Virus record (IMG/VR): IMGVR_UViG_3300042197_000820
Span: 64,020 to 128,019 of that record
Length of the DNA stretch: 64,000 bases
DNA from: a virus
Reading direction: 5' to 3' (one strand)
In this document: one piece after another, positions 19,972-31,043 of the stretch
Layout of the letters: the number at the start of each line of letters is the position of its first letter
How positions within the stretch are numbered: position 1 is the first letter of the stretch
Made by a program: the position numbers and the translations under genes
The notes under the pieces: generated by a model
What the model saw: the letters and a program-made list of their open reading frames with translations, nothing else
What the model was told of the DNA's origin: nothing
The model's database searches: none

Positions 19972-21782
19972 TATTCAACAACTCCTACTAAATCTAGATC
20001 AGAATATTTTAGTTCCATACATACATTCTTCGGAACTATCAAATAAGTTCCGTCTGGAGATAAAGCTGAGTTAAAATCAAAACTATTTGATGAGTAATAG
20101 CCGTCAACTCTTGGTACTATTTTGACTTTTTTAGAATCTATAACTCCCCTTACTTGCTTGTTTAAAACAGAATAAACTTCAGAGATAGAAATCATCTGTC
20201 CAAAATAGCCGGGTCTTGCAAAATGTTGTGCTAGTTTTGTTTTGGCATCAGCTAAAACTTGTTGTTTATCATAGATTTTGTCTACTAAAATAGTAAACTC
20301 TACACCATAGTTTACGACGATACCATCAAGTATATCAATGGTGTCGTGCATCATCTTATATCTATTCAGCCAGTTTTTAAGATTTTCTTTTAAAATACCC
20401 GTTGCTAACTCTAGTTTCCCATTGATATCGCTGGCAAGGACAAAGAGGTTGATATTTCTTTTAAACGAGTTTGAATCTTTATATGCAGCGGCGCGAGCAA
20501 TAGAACCAAACTTAGCTGGCATTGCATACGAAACAGATTCTAAATCTTGTTGAGTTACCGCCCTATGTTGTGTGGCAAAATAAGAACTAGATCTTGCTCT
20601 TATTTCGTCGGTGGTCATGAGTGTGCTTTGTCCAACAATCGGCTCTTCATTTACGAGTTCTACGCTACTCCTGATCGTTCTTACCACATCGGATGCTAGT
20701 GAAGGTTCATCTGTGAACTCTAGTATTGCATCGACTACTCTCGTTAAACGACCCACTGGTACGTTGACAGTATCACTTTCATTGTATCTATAGGTTATTG
20801 TTAGAGTAGTGTCAGAAGGAGATACACCGAGTTTATCGGAAAGCATCAGTTTATTTGGATCAAATCCTTGTTCTGTTTCGTAATCACGGCCATATCTATT
20901 CAGTAAAACACTATTGGGTTCGGCATAACTTGGATTATTTAGTGTGTCTTCGGAACCAAAACCAAACTGTAAGTATGGAACTCCCTCTCTAGTCATCTCA
21001 AATGTGAATCTTCTTGGGACTGAGAAAGGTCTTAAGATTGATGGAACTACTGTTTTATCGATCCCTTTATTCTCTATCTCTCTATATACTACATTTTGTG
21101 TCAGATAATCTACTTCGTAATATTCATGGCCCTCATTATCAAGAACCTGTATTATTTCATTAATGTTACGTCCGCTTAACGATACTCGTTTAAACTTCTC
21201 AAAAGATCCAACTTGAACTATTTCTGTTCCCAATCTGCCAGAGATAACTTTACCAGATTTTCTCAAAGCATAATAGGTTGGTATACCAGTAACTGTATTT
21301 ATTCTGGCTGGTACTATATCTGTGTCTGGTGTATCAAATCTAACATCGTCTAACAAAGTAAATGTTGCGTTAGTGGCACTACTAAATACGGAGTTTTTCT
21401 TTAGTATTGGAAAATAAGATCTGTCTGGGCCACTCAAGGGAGAAGTTGAGTTAGCAGGTATCAAAACATAAAAAACTGCCAATCCAGATGAACTTGATGG
21501 TCCCTTAAACTTGAAACCGTTCTGTTCAGCTAGTTTCTTGACATTATTATATTCTACAGCAGTTGACAAAAAAGATTCATTAGCTTGATAGTCTAGGTAA
21601 AATGATAAAATATCTCCAACATAGGATACACTGTCTAGCATCAAAGCACCAAAGCTAGCATCGCTAAAGTCTTTGAACGAATCTGGGTAGTATCTCCTTG
21701 CGAACTCAACCAAATCAGTTTTGATTGTTTGGAAATCTCTGGAACTGTATTTGATTAATGGTCTTTTAGGATTACTACTCAT
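19971..21782 (-). CDS. Baseplate wedge subunit (T4 gp6 / baseplate J-like)
   Basis: YSSRDFQTIKTDLVEF, DFSDASFGALMLD, LSFYLDYQANESFLSTA, LQFGFG, QHRAVTQQD are gp6-family motifs. Confidence 0.9.
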   Translation of the reverse strand: MSSNPKRPLIKYSSRDFQTIKTDLVEFARRYYPDSFKDFSDASFGALMLDSVSYVGDILSFYLDYQANESFLSTAVEYNNVKKLAEQNGFKFKGPSSSSGLAVFYVLIPANSTSPLSGPDRSYFPILKKNSVFSSATNATFTLLDDVRFDTPDTDIVPARINTVTGIPTYYALRKSGKVISGRLGTEIVQVGSFEKFKRVSLSGRNINEIIQVLDNEGHEYYEVDYLTQNVVYREIENKGIDKTVVPSILRPFSVPRRFTFEMTREGVPYLQFGFGSEDTLNNPSYAEPNSVLLNRYGRDYETEQGFDPNKLMLSDKLGVSPSDTTLTITYRYNESDTVNVPVGRLTRVVDAILEFTDEPSLASDVVRTIRSSVELVNEEPIVGQSTLMTTDEIRARSSSYFATQHRAVTQQDLESVSYAMPAKFGSIARAAAYKDSNSFKRNINLFVLASDINGKLELATGILKENLKNWLNRYKMMHDTIDILDGIVVNYGVEFTILVDKIYDKQQVLADAKTKLAQHFARPGYFGQMISISEVYSVLNKQVRGVIDSKKVKIVPRVDGYYSSNSFDFNSALSPDGTYLIVPKNVCMELKYSDLDLVGVVE

Positions 21783-21796
21783 TTAACACCGCCTTA

Positions 21797-21804
21797 TTAA
21801 ATAG
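21797..21804 (-). promoter_or_regulatory. Putative phage promoter motif CTATTTAA
   Basis: Intergenic, 15 nt upstream of ATG 21782. Confidence 0.55.
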
Positions 21805-21818
21805 ATGATTTTAGATTT

Positions 21819-22190
21819 TTATACTGTTATCTCTATTGATTGATTTGTAGAAGAACCAATATTGTAAATCATTTTTACTCGTATGGCATTATTATTAACT
21901 AAGTCGTCAGACACAGTTAACGAGACAATAGATACCGCAGGTATGTATGTATTCATCTGCGACAGAATCCTCTCTCTAATAGTACTTTTTACTGATGCTG
22001 AGAGTGGTTCGTGCAAGTAGTTTCTCAAACCTACACCGAATCTTGCATCCATCATTCTCTCACCGGGACTAGTCAAAAATAACATTTTTATATTCTGCTT
22101 TACAACAGTATTGATGTTTTTATTTAACGCAAATGCTCCGTCTAGATCTGAAAGAGTTAGTGGTAACTTTGGAGAATAGCCTTCTGCCAT
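21819..22190 (-). CDS. Baseplate gp25-like (GPW/gp25) sheath-initiator subunit
   Basis: VKQNIKMLFLTSPGERMMDARFGVGLRNYLHEP is the gp25 signature. Confidence 0.9.
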   Translation of the reverse strand: MAEGYSPKLPLTLSDLDGAFALNKNINTVVKQNIKMLFLTSPGERMMDARFGVGLRNYLHEPLSASVKSTIRERILSQMNTYIPAVSIVSLTVSDDLVNNNAIRVKMIYNIGSSTNQSIEITV

Positions 22191-22205
22191 TATAAATCCT
22201 CTAGA

Positions 22206-22213
22206 ATAAGTAG
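22206..22213 (-). promoter_or_regulatory. Putative phage promoter motif CTACTTAT
   Basis: Intergenic, 16 nt upstream of ATG 22190 and followed by an AGAGGA RBS. Confidence 0.6.
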
Positions 22214-22219
22214 TTATGA

Positions 22220-25200
22220 TTAGCCGTTGTTGGCTGAACCGTTCCCATTAGTTGGATCTGGTACTAGCCTCTTAGAGTTACCTGTGCCTATAATATCAAT
22301 CAAGTCTCCAAGTCCCTCCCTATCCTGTGGTCTTATACGATTTGCGGCCAAAATATCATTCTGTATATCGGATATCATAACCAAAGTTTCCTTTGTAATA
22401 TTACGAATACCAAATGTTTTTGTTTGCTCGATCAACTCTGTTGTTATCATTTCTTCATTTTCATCTCCTTCGCCTCGGTAGTTGAGGTCAAAAGAGTTAT
22501 AAGAAGAATAGAACACTTTTCTCAAAGTTGTATAGAAAGGAAGTAATATGTCTTTTTCTTTCCTAGGGAAAACTTTGTTATTTACACGACCAATACCGCC
22601 CCAATCAATAGCAGAACCAATAGAGGGAGTGAAAGCTTTTGTTGCATATATCGCACTCAAAGAAGCAAAATACCGTAATGGTATAGCATAATCAAACATC
22701 TTCTTATAATCTTCGGAACAAATCATTTCATTGAATAGCCTAACATCTAGTTGTCTTGTAAGCGGGGAATGATCGATCCAAGATTTCTTATCTGACCCCT
22801 TGCTAAGCTCTCTGCCCAAGCTATCTGGGCTTATAATATTAGAGGTTACAGCACTAGTAAGAGAAGTATCATTATTAAGATTACTAATATAGGAATCGTA
22901 TATGTTCTTAAGATCTGCAAATGTCCAATCTACTTCTATTTCGTTCTTAAAAATCGGAATGCCATATCCGGTTTCTTTACTAAAAGCCTTAAGATATCTT
23001 ACTTTATCAGCAATAGGAATACCATCACTCAAAGATTGTAAATAGGTAACGTCTTCTGACGAAGGACTAGCTGTATAAACCTCTCTTACAACTGCATCTT
23101 GCATATACCTGTGGAACCCTTCTTCAAACGTAATATCAGAATCTGGCTGCATTAGCAACATTCTAACACCATATCTAAAAGTTCCAAACTTGAAGAATAG
23201 TTTAGCCGACATACTCATTGCATTTGATGTGGAAGATGAGATCTGTTCCAATGAATCAAAGAAACCGCTACTGCCTAACCAATATATAAATGTACTTAAG
23301 CTGCTTGGACCACTGAACACTCCTTCTGTTAGCGGAGTAGCAGCAATACCATATCTACTTCCTAAGAAGTTGTATAACGCTATATCTATTAGTTGTTTAA
23401 CCTGTGAAAATAGTGGGCTAGTTTGACTAGGCATCTCAGTTAAAGGCTCAAGATTTATGTAGTGTTCTAAGGTTATTGGTAGAGGAGTTTGGCTGAAAAC
23501 AAGAGGCATGTTGGTCGCACTCTCACCACCGATTATGTAGTTGTCAGTTCCTAGTTTCTGGAACTCTGCACCGTCAGTGGCCATAACCTTGTATTTCTTT
23601 AGTTTACTTTCAGGAGCCATATTACCCGTACTACTCTCAACGTTTAAAGAAACTCCTTGATTGTCCTCTATTCTTTTAATAACGTTTTCTAGATTCTGAG
23701 AATATTGAAAAACAATCATGTCTTCGAATAACTTTCGGTCTATTGCCTTAGTGTCCTCTGGGGATAAAATGAAATCATTACTAAGTCTATTTCTCTTTTC
23801 TAACTCAATACCATTTATAATCTTTGGAGTTAAAAACTCTGGATTGAACTTTAGGTAGTCTACATCAGTAAGTTCCGACTGGTTCTTCAGGTATTCTCTT
23901 ACTGTTGTACGAATCTGTAAATCTGATGGGTCATTGAAGTTGAAGTTTGGAGTGTAAACCGGTTCTTTCGGATCGCTATTCAATCTGCAAGTATCATCTG
24001 GATGTGGTTGCTTATTATACAGTCTGTTGAAGAAGAAACCATTTAGATTCCTATCGTTATTAGCTTCCTCAGTACCATAAAGATAAGAATAGTTTAAATC
24101 ACTGGTAAGCAGATTGCCTACCGAATATAAGAATGCTGGGTGGTGGGAGTACACATTTCGTAAATGTGATGTCTTATCGGAGGCTGCTAGATCTTCGCCA
24201 TTTTGAACAAACGGACCACCATTGACAGGAGTTGCTATAATATTTGATTCTTTTACTAAAGTAGGATTCAAAATGCTCAGTTGTTGAGATATTCTTTCTA
24301 ACTCAGTTTTAAATCTTCTTCTAAGCAAGAGATCAAACAATGATTCACAGTCCTGCATTATGAGATTCCAATACTGCTTTTGTAAAGAAATCTGTGTTTC
24401 TCTTCTTTGTTTAGCAGTATTAAGAGTGTTGTTCATTCCTCTGAAACTTCCTTGCGTGTTAACAAGACCAGTTGTTATAGTTCCTAGAGGATATCCCGGT
24501 GTTTCAAACTTACCTATTTCTTCAAATGCATTAAAATATGCCTTCTCGGCATCTGTCAAACCACTATCAGGTAATCCAGATTTCCAAATATTTGCTTTCC
24601 TAAGTATTTGGCTAAGTATTTGTTGTTCGGATTGTGAGAGTTCTAAATCTTTTGCGTCTTTTCTTCTAAGCATGATAGTGACATAAATCTCCATTATCAT
24701 GTAGAAAAATCTCTTATTTTTACTAAGTTCTGTGGCTTGTCTAGGTCCAGCTTCAACGGCATAATCCTTGAATCTTTGCACCAGAAAGTCATAATATACA
24801 TTATCAAATATATTATCATTTACTACAACACTGTTCATAAACGAAAATGCTTTATAATAATGCTCAAAACAAAATACTCTTATCATCATATCGATAAGAC
24901 CGGACATGCTAACCATAGATGATTTTTTTACGATTAAATCAAATGGAACTTGATTACTGTAGTCTTTTGATTGCCTAGTTTCTTCTTTTATCTTCGTGTA
25001 AAGTCTAGCAGCTTCATTGGCGATACCAGCGAAATCAGGCACCGGATTTTTAGGTGGATTGGAAGTCTCGTTAGATTCTCTAGTATAGAGATTATATAAT
25101 CCATTCCAATCATCAGTTAGTTTCTTATATACATAAAAACTAGGACTGTCTTCGGTACCACCAAATCTTGTAGGATCTACAGGATCTAACATTCCTGTGA

Positions 25201-28200
25201 TTGTATTAGTGTGCAAGAGATTTAGTGTGTTGATTCTTTCGTCATCAAAACCAATATTAAAAGTTTTTCCGTTAAGTGCCGGGAGTTTCATTATCCCGTC
25301 CAAGAATGTGTTGGAAGTGTGACGATACAAATCCTTTACGAGATATTCAACATATTTAGTCGCTTGTGGAATAGTAGAAGGATCAATATTTAAGTTATTC
25401 CGAATACCTTTAAGAACTATGTCTGCGAAGACGGCTGCTTGAGGAGATGTGTCGGTACCTTCTAGATTGTAAAGAGATTGTACTTCTATTGAAGAGACTG
25501 TGTTCTCATTTATGGGAATGTAATAGTCATTTGGTTCTTTAACAACCTCTTGATATTCGATAGTCTTATCAGAAGACATAAAGTTTGCTGCTCTAGAGAT
25601 TGTATTAGATACTTCATTTTGCTGAAGTTGGTATTCATTGGCGTTTAGCTGAGTGCTGTTAAAAGTTTTAACGGTAGAGGGATACAGATCAATGATTTTG
25701 GTTCTTATACTTAAGTTTGTAGCTTCTCCTTCATTGATAGGAAAGATGAAAAAGTTATAGCTCTTTGTCCTGTAGTTAGGACTACCAGAAATAGTATTTG
25801 AGCTTTCTTTGCTGCTTATTCTTCTAGAATATTCAGGTAATGTAGGAGGTGCTTTCTTGTCTCTCGTTATTAAAGCTACGCTCTGTTCTAACCCCTTAAC
25901 ATCATTGTATGAGTTACTTATAACACCGGGACCACTAAAACCTGCCGGATTTAATATATTTTCCTTATTTCGCAAAACCCATTCTGGAACGTAAATAGGT
26001 TTCTTGAACTGGTACGATTTGGTGGATAGGTTGGTTTGTCGAGTGCCCGGTATAGTTAAGTCCTCTATATAACTTTCTTTTAAGTCGTATATACCAGTAT
26101 AACTTAGACCTCTTATGCCTGATCCTACATCTCCTATTATTTCAAACAGTTCTGGGTATCCTACAGGGAAGGTTGATGCGTTTTGATCTATAAAACTATT
26201 AAACTGGTCAGTATTGAGTGATTTTATTTTTTGTATTCTCTGTTTAACGGTTTCCGTCAGCAAGGCTGAGTCTGTTGAAAAAAGACCAGTTTTCTTGCGT
26301 GTAATCGAATCAAGATTACAAAACTCTTCTAAGTTTGTCCTCATCCAACTTGATAGTTGTTTAGCCTTATAGGAGACTTTAGGATAGTCTTTTGATAGTT
26401 CGGTCACTGGAGCAGACTGGTTATTTGCGCTAGCTTCAATCGAGGCTGCAAGTTGTGAGACTGCGGCTTCTGACGCCAGACTGTTGTTTATGATTTCTTC
26501 CACTTTCTGATATGATGGATAAGCTAGACCATTCTTACCGCTTAGAAGGCGGCTAATAAATCCTCTGTCTCCAATCATATTTGAATCTAAAGTTTCCACA
26601 ACCGGTTCAAATGCCTCGGTATATATACGGACTAGCTCTTGATTTATGAAATCAGTTACTATTTCTATAGAGTTATTTGGACCGCAGTTCGGCTCTCCAG
26701 TTTGTATGAGAGGTATCATACTATCTATCGGATTATCATCGTTTAAAAGATCTAAAAACTTTTGAGCTTGAAGATTAGTTATCTCACAAACCTTATTTAT
26801 TTGTATCTCTATGTCAGATTGATCCAATCCTCTTTCAGATAGTAACGAAACACGAAGATTATTATATAAACTGTAATACTCTGGAGTTGCACAGAAAATA
26901 CCGTTTACAGGTAGATCTACCTCTGTTAATATCATATCGCAACCGGGATCAGCAAATGTTGATATAGAACCAAAAAATCTTACAATATCATCCATCTCTT
27001 TGCTGAATCCAGCATCGGGGTACCTTACGTCAATGATATTTCTTATTATCTCTAGAGTTGGTAAAGTGGGATTACCCGACAATAGCTCACAATATTCTCT
27101 TTCTGTCAATACGCTAGTCGTAAGTGAAATGAACTCGTTTAAGGTAGCGATATCGATACCGTTATATAGACCCACAGAGTTGGCAATATTAGCTAATAGT
27201 TCGGCAATAGAATCTATATTTATTCCTCTAGGGAGAGAACGATATCTTTGTCTAATATCATCAGCTATTTTTCTAGCTGCATCTAAAGGATCGACAGTTC
27301 TGTTTTGATCTTCTGGACCGAGTTCTTCGTTGGGTACTATTTTAGCTGCTAGCTGGGCGCAAGAAATATCTGGTATTAAGCTTTGTAGATATGCTAAAAC
27401 CATCTTGAACAAGATAGTCGTTGCAATATAGAAGGTAGAAGACAAAGTGGCTAATAAAGCTGTTTCCACTAGCTCTAGTCGATTTGGAACTTGTATCTTC
27501 GGTAGATTCTTTTTACCTAGTTTTGCTGGTTTGAATCCACGGAAAAAGTTATCGATTGCTTTACCCAAGTCTCTATATTTATGGAACATCTCCGGTTCTG
27601 GGAGTTTGCAGTTTTCTAACCCGTCGAATAAGGACTGCAAATCATCTTGGGCACCAGTAACTAAGTTAGTTAAATCTTCTGACAGGCTAGAAAGTGATAT
27701 ATCACCTAACAAATCCCCGTTTGCATCGCGAGATACTAGCTTTAGATCTAAGCCAAGCTTTCCATTTTGCATAAAGCTAATCGATGCACTACTCACCTTT
27801 TTAAAAGTTTCAGGATCTGTAGTATCTATCGAGTCAGGATTAGTAATAACTAAAATCTCATCCCAACTAACAACTGACGCTAACGACTCTGGTAGGTCTG
27901 GTTGGGATTTAATATGATCTAAGAAAGCTTGTTGTATTTTAGAATCAAACTGGCTTGATGTAAGTATCGAGCTTAAAAATCTAGAGACTAATGTAAAGGT
28001 ATTTGATGCTTCTTGGAAGTTCTTGTCTTTGATTGATTCAAATAGCTTTTCCATAAGAACATCTGGGCTTAAGTTTTTAAGATATTCTTCGACATTAAAC
28101 TGTGTAAGTTGTTCGATTGGGATAGACCTCGCGATTGATGCTAAACCTATGTATCCTAACAACTTTAAGCCATTCAAACCGAAAGCTTCCAGTAGTCTTT

Positions 28201-28639
28201 CACGGGCTTCGCGACCAGAATCCGTCTTAGAAAAGAAACCATTATCAGTATCTTTTGACAACACAACGTTTTCAGTTAAGGAATCTACTAAATCATTAAG
28301 TACTTCCGCTAGTGGGTCATTAGCACTTAGATTTGCGTCATCTACTAGTAAAGCTTTTAAAGACTTTTTAGTTGGATTTCTTAGGAGTTCGTCTTCTTTT
28401 ATTTTATCCGAGTACGATTTAAAAGGATTCTTATTGTACTCATTTGCGAATGGTTCCAAGCCTTGTTCTCTAAGATCTTGTAGGACATCATTCAGCACTT
28501 GAGTCGCAAAATCTTTCAAGAATCTTGTTCTTGGAGCTTGCAGCGGATTGTTTGAGCTACTAACCGGATCGTATTGTATCGGTGGGTATCTTAGTGTTGC
28601 AGCAAACTCTTTAAAGTTAGTACCTTTCTTATTAGACAT
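22220..28639 (-). CDS. Very large hypothetical protein, probably virion-associated
   Basis: 2139-aa ORF between the spike genes and gp25; acidic and apparently mostly helical; no motif recognised. Confidence 0.65.
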   Translation of the reverse strand: MSNKKGTNFKEFAATLRYPPIQYDPVSSSNNPLQAPRTRFLKDFATQVLNDVLQDLREQGLEPFANEYNKNPFKSYSDKIKEDELLRNPTKKSLKALLVDDANLSANDPLAEVLNDLVDSLTENVVLSKDTDNGFFSKTDSGREARERLLEAFGLNGLKLLGYIGLASIARSIPIEQLTQFNVEEYLKNLSPDVLMEKLFESIKDKNFQEASNTFTLVSRFLSSILTSSQFDSKIQQAFLDHIKSQPDLPESLASVVSWDEILVITNPDSIDTTDPETFKKVSSASISFMQNGKLGLDLKLVSRDANGDLLGDISLSSLSEDLTNLVTGAQDDLQSLFDGLENCKLPEPEMFHKYRDLGKAIDNFFRGFKPAKLGKKNLPKIQVPNRLELVETALLATLSSTFYIATTILFKMVLAYLQSLIPDISCAQLAAKIVPNEELGPEDQNRTVDPLDAARKIADDIRQRYRSLPRGINIDSIAELLANIANSVGLYNGIDIATLNEFISLTTSVLTEREYCELLSGNPTLPTLEIIRNIIDVRYPDAGFSKEMDDIVRFFGSISTFADPGCDMILTEVDLPVNGIFCATPEYYSLYNNLRVSLLSERGLDQSDIEIQINKVCEITNLQAQKFLDLLNDDNPIDSMIPLIQTGEPNCGPNNSIEIVTDFINQELVRIYTEAFEPVVETLDSNMIGDRGFISRLLSGKNGLAYPSYQKVEEIINNSLASEAAVSQLAASIEASANNQSAPVTELSKDYPKVSYKAKQLSSWMRTNLEEFCNLDSITRKKTGLFSTDSALLTETVKQRIQKIKSLNTDQFNSFIDQNASTFPVGYPELFEIIGDVGSGIRGLSYTGIYDLKESYIEDLTIPGTRQTNLSTKSYQFKKPIYVPEWVLRNKENILNPAGFSGPGVISNSYNDVKGLEQSVALITRDKKAPPTLPEYSRRISSKESSNTISGSPNYRTKSYNFFIFPINEGEATNLSIRTKIIDLYPSTVKTFNSTQLNANEYQLQQNEVSNTISRAANFMSSDKTIEYQEVVKEPNDYYIPINENTVSSIEVQSLYNLEGTDTSPQAAVFADIVLKGIRNNLNIDPSTIPQATKYVEYLVKDLYRHTSNTFLDGIMKLPALNGKTFNIGFDDERINTLNLLHTNTITGMLDPVDPTRFGGTEDSPSFYVYKKLTDDWNGLYNLYTRESNETSNPPKNPVPDFAGIANEAARLYTKIKEETRQSKDYSNQVPFDLIVKKSSMVSMSGLIDMMIRVFCFEHYYKAFSFMNSVVVNDNIFDNVYYDFLVQRFKDYAVEAGPRQATELSKNKRFFYMIMEIYVTIMLRRKDAKDLELSQSEQQILSQILRKANIWKSGLPDSGLTDAEKAYFNAFEEIGKFETPGYPLGTITTGLVNTQGSFRGMNNTLNTAKQRRETQISLQKQYWNLIMQDCESLFDLLLRRRFKTELERISQQLSILNPTLVKESNIIATPVNGGPFVQNGEDLAASDKTSHLRNVYSHHPAFLYSVGNLLTSDLNYSYLYGTEEANNDRNLNGFFFNRLYNKQPHPDDTCRLNSDPKEPVYTPNFNFNDPSDLQIRTTVREYLKNQSELTDVDYLKFNPEFLTPKIINGIELEKRNRLSNDFILSPEDTKAIDRKLFEDMIVFQYSQNLENVIKRIEDNQGVSLNVESSTGNMAPESKLKKYKVMATDGAEFQKLGTDNYIIGGESATNMPLVFSQTPLPITLEHYINLEPLTEMPSQTSPLFSQVKQLIDIALYNFLGSRYGIAATPLTEGVFSGPSSLSTFIYWLGSSGFFDSLEQISSSTSNAMSMSAKLFFKFGTFRYGVRMLLMQPDSDITFEEGFHRYMQDAVVREVYTASPSSEDVTYLQSLSDGIPIADKVRYLKAFSKETGYGIPIFKNEIEVDWTFADLKNIYDSYISNLNNDTSLTSAVTSNIISPDSLGRELSKGSDKKSWIDHSPLTRQLDVRLFNEMICSEDYKKMFDYAIPLRYFASLSAIYATKAFTPSIGSAIDWGGIGRVNNKVFPRKEKDILLPFYTTLRKVFYSSYNSFDLNYRGEGDENEEMITTELIEQTKTFGIRNITKETLVMISDIQNDILAANRIRPQDREGLGDLIDIIGTGNSKRLVPDPTNGNGSANNG

Positions 28640-28654
28640 ATTTGTTCCTTATCT

Positions 28655-28662
28655 ATAACTAT
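28655..28662 (-). promoter_or_regulatory. Degenerate copy of the promoter motif (ATAGTTAT)
   Basis: Intergenic, 16 nt upstream of ATG 28639, with an AAGGA RBS between. Confidence 0.35.
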
Positions 28663-28684
28663 AACCTTAGTACGTTATTTTATC

Positions 28685-31042
28685 TCAAATCTCTTCTGGC
28701 CTTAGATATTGTATAATAGTGTCTAAGTTCATTAGATAGTTTAGTATAGTTGGATTTTTGAATGGTTCTTCTAGCTCTAGGGCTGTTAAATCACCAACAC
28801 CTAAGCCAGACTTCCAAACTAGATTAGTTGGTGGTCTTGATGTAGTTGCTAGTTGTATTCTTAACAACTTTATATTATTACCGGGGATTATCTTTGTTCC
28901 TAATACCGAGTTATTTGTGGTTGGTGGAGAAGGAGATGATTTTGGTTGTGGGTTTTTTACCTGTTTAGCGCCGCGTATAATAGAGCTTCCTTCAATAGTT
29001 TCGGGAAGTTTTGTAGGATCAGCGGGTGTAAAACTATAAACAAGAGTAATCTTATCCTCAATCCCATATTGTCCTTCTTTTTTGAGAGATAAATCCTCCA
29101 GTACCTCGATAGAGTTTTTACTCATCAACTTTGTGAAAACAGGTCTGACTAGTTTAAATATCTTTAAATCCTGCTTTATTTTATCGGTTTTTAACTGTTC
29201 AAATATATTATCTGAAAGAATAGAAGGATTTAAATTTTGGTATGACTCGCCAAATGTTATTTTCCACAAAGCATGATCAAACGTGTATCTTTTTAGAATA
29301 TTTTCGAATATTTGCAGGTATCTAAAAAACTCTTCTATCGTGAATATTTGAATCTTAACATAGTTACCTTCTTGGATTATACCGGTATCTGTAAATCTTG
29401 GTGCGGTAGCGATCTGCGATATTGTATTTACTTCGTTCTCATCTAAGGAATAAAGTATTTTGGAAGGTCTGAATCTGCGAGGTTCTATATAAATGTCTTC
29501 TGTCGTTACAAATACATTTTGATCGATTCCAACTTCAGAAGGATCCTCTGGTAGTTGCAGAGAAAACTTTTCATTCAGAATGCGATATGCATCTAGCTTG
29601 TAACTATCAGCATTTGTTGCAAGTTGTTTTAGATTTTCTTCTATCACATCATAAGAAATATAATATTTCCTTTTATTCGAATCGTGATATGGCTCTCTTC
29701 TATCCTTCTTGCGCCAATCATCTAAAAATGTCTTAAACCCATTATTATCGCGATTTGTACAAGGATTTGGTATTATTGGATCTTGCACAGGATTGCACAG
29801 AACTAGCTTTTCTTTTTGAGTAGCTTCAAATAACGTTGTGTATTGTTCTTCGATAGATTTAAGCCTTTCGTACTCTTCTATTTGAGCTTGTAAGATGGCT
29901 TGTCTTTCAGCTATGAGGGCAAGAACATCTTCCGATAATCTAAGACCATTTAAAGATTCTTTTAGTAAAGTAATACTGTTAGTAATAGCAAGAATAAGAA
30001 TAGCGATCCTTCTTAACGCCTCTGGGTTTATCCTACCGGCGAAGGGGTTCGTGTAATAATCACTGCTTGTTACTCGCGCTAGGGCTGTTGAAAAATAACC
30101 CAATGCTCTATCAAGTTCTGATATGCTATTTAAAGCCCCGAGTTCATCTACTAAAACTGTACTTGCTTGGAAAGGGTTTAAAACCTCAAGTTGTTCGAAG
30201 GAAAGATTTCCTAAATCGTAAGCATATGCTAAAGGATAATCTTCTTTGTACTTCTTGATACATTCTGGATACTGTAAGCACATATTAAAAAACGTATATT
30301 GTTCGCTATAGTCTGGTGTCAAATATCCGCTTGGTACGTTGCCTCCTTCGCGAGAAGGTATATTATCTATCGCTCTAGCCCTAGCATCTGGTCCATATGA
30401 TTCAACTGCTTGAGCGAAAGAAAGCTCCGCACTTGTTTGTTGACCACTAACTATAAAAGTTTTGACAGGGCCGCCGCCCCGGCATGTCAGACTAGAATAC
30501 TTTTCACCTGTCAAATCCACTTCTTGTAGTTCGGCTCCAGACGAAACACGCACAGCACTTCTAAGAAAGATAAAAGCCAGATTTAGATTATTTTGGATTA
30601 TCCTGTCAGTTAAACCGTCTGGACTTCCTCTAAAAACCCATCCTTCGTGGTCTAAGCTATAATCGTAAAATCTATCGTCATATTGATCTATACGTTCACC
30701 AGTATTTGTAATCCAATATGGGTCTAGTGAACTGTTGTGTGCAATAATGCTGTCGATCAAAGGGGTACCAGCTTCGGCTATATCAAACATGAGTCCATAA
30801 ACGGATCTAACTAAGCTCTGAAGTGTCTCGTAGTTTTCAGTTGTTTGAGTTTCAACAGCCCTCGGAAGGATAAAAGACCTGTATATACCAGTTATTTGTT
30901 CATCTTTATCTAAAATAAGTTTATAGTTAGCACATTCAACGAAAGGCAATCCATAAAGTCCATAGCATTCACCTCCGAGATTACCGGGTATAGAACCACC
31001 ATAGTTCGTTTCAGGAGTGTAAGGATTATATTCATTTGCCAT
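28685..31042 (-). CDS. Hypothetical protein with a central coiled coil, probably virion-associated
   Basis: 785-aa ORF directly downstream of the spike gene. Confidence 0.65.
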   Translation of the reverse strand: MANEYNPYTPETNYGGSIPGNLGGECYGLYGLPFVECANYKLILDKDEQITGIYRSFILPRAVETQTTENYETLQSLVRSVYGLMFDIAEAGTPLIDSIIAHNSSLDPYWITNTGERIDQYDDRFYDYSLDHEGWVFRGSPDGLTDRIIQNNLNLAFIFLRSAVRVSSGAELQEVDLTGEKYSSLTCRGGGPVKTFIVSGQQTSAELSFAQAVESYGPDARARAIDNIPSREGGNVPSGYLTPDYSEQYTFFNMCLQYPECIKKYKEDYPLAYAYDLGNLSFEQLEVLNPFQASTVLVDELGALNSISELDRALGYFSTALARVTSSDYYTNPFAGRINPEALRRIAILILAITNSITLLKESLNGLRLSEDVLALIAERQAILQAQIEEYERLKSIEEQYTTLFEATQKEKLVLCNPVQDPIIPNPCTNRDNNGFKTFLDDWRKKDRREPYHDSNKRKYYISYDVIEENLKQLATNADSYKLDAYRILNEKFSLQLPEDPSEVGIDQNVFVTTEDIYIEPRRFRPSKILYSLDENEVNTISQIATAPRFTDTGIIQEGNYVKIQIFTIEEFFRYLQIFENILKRYTFDHALWKITFGESYQNLNPSILSDNIFEQLKTDKIKQDLKIFKLVRPVFTKLMSKNSIEVLEDLSLKKEGQYGIEDKITLVYSFTPADPTKLPETIEGSSIIRGAKQVKNPQPKSSPSPPTTNNSVLGTKIIPGNNIKLLRIQLATTSRPPTNLVWKSGLGVGDLTALELEEPFKNPTILNYLMNLDTIIQYLRPEEI

Positions 31043-31043
31043 T

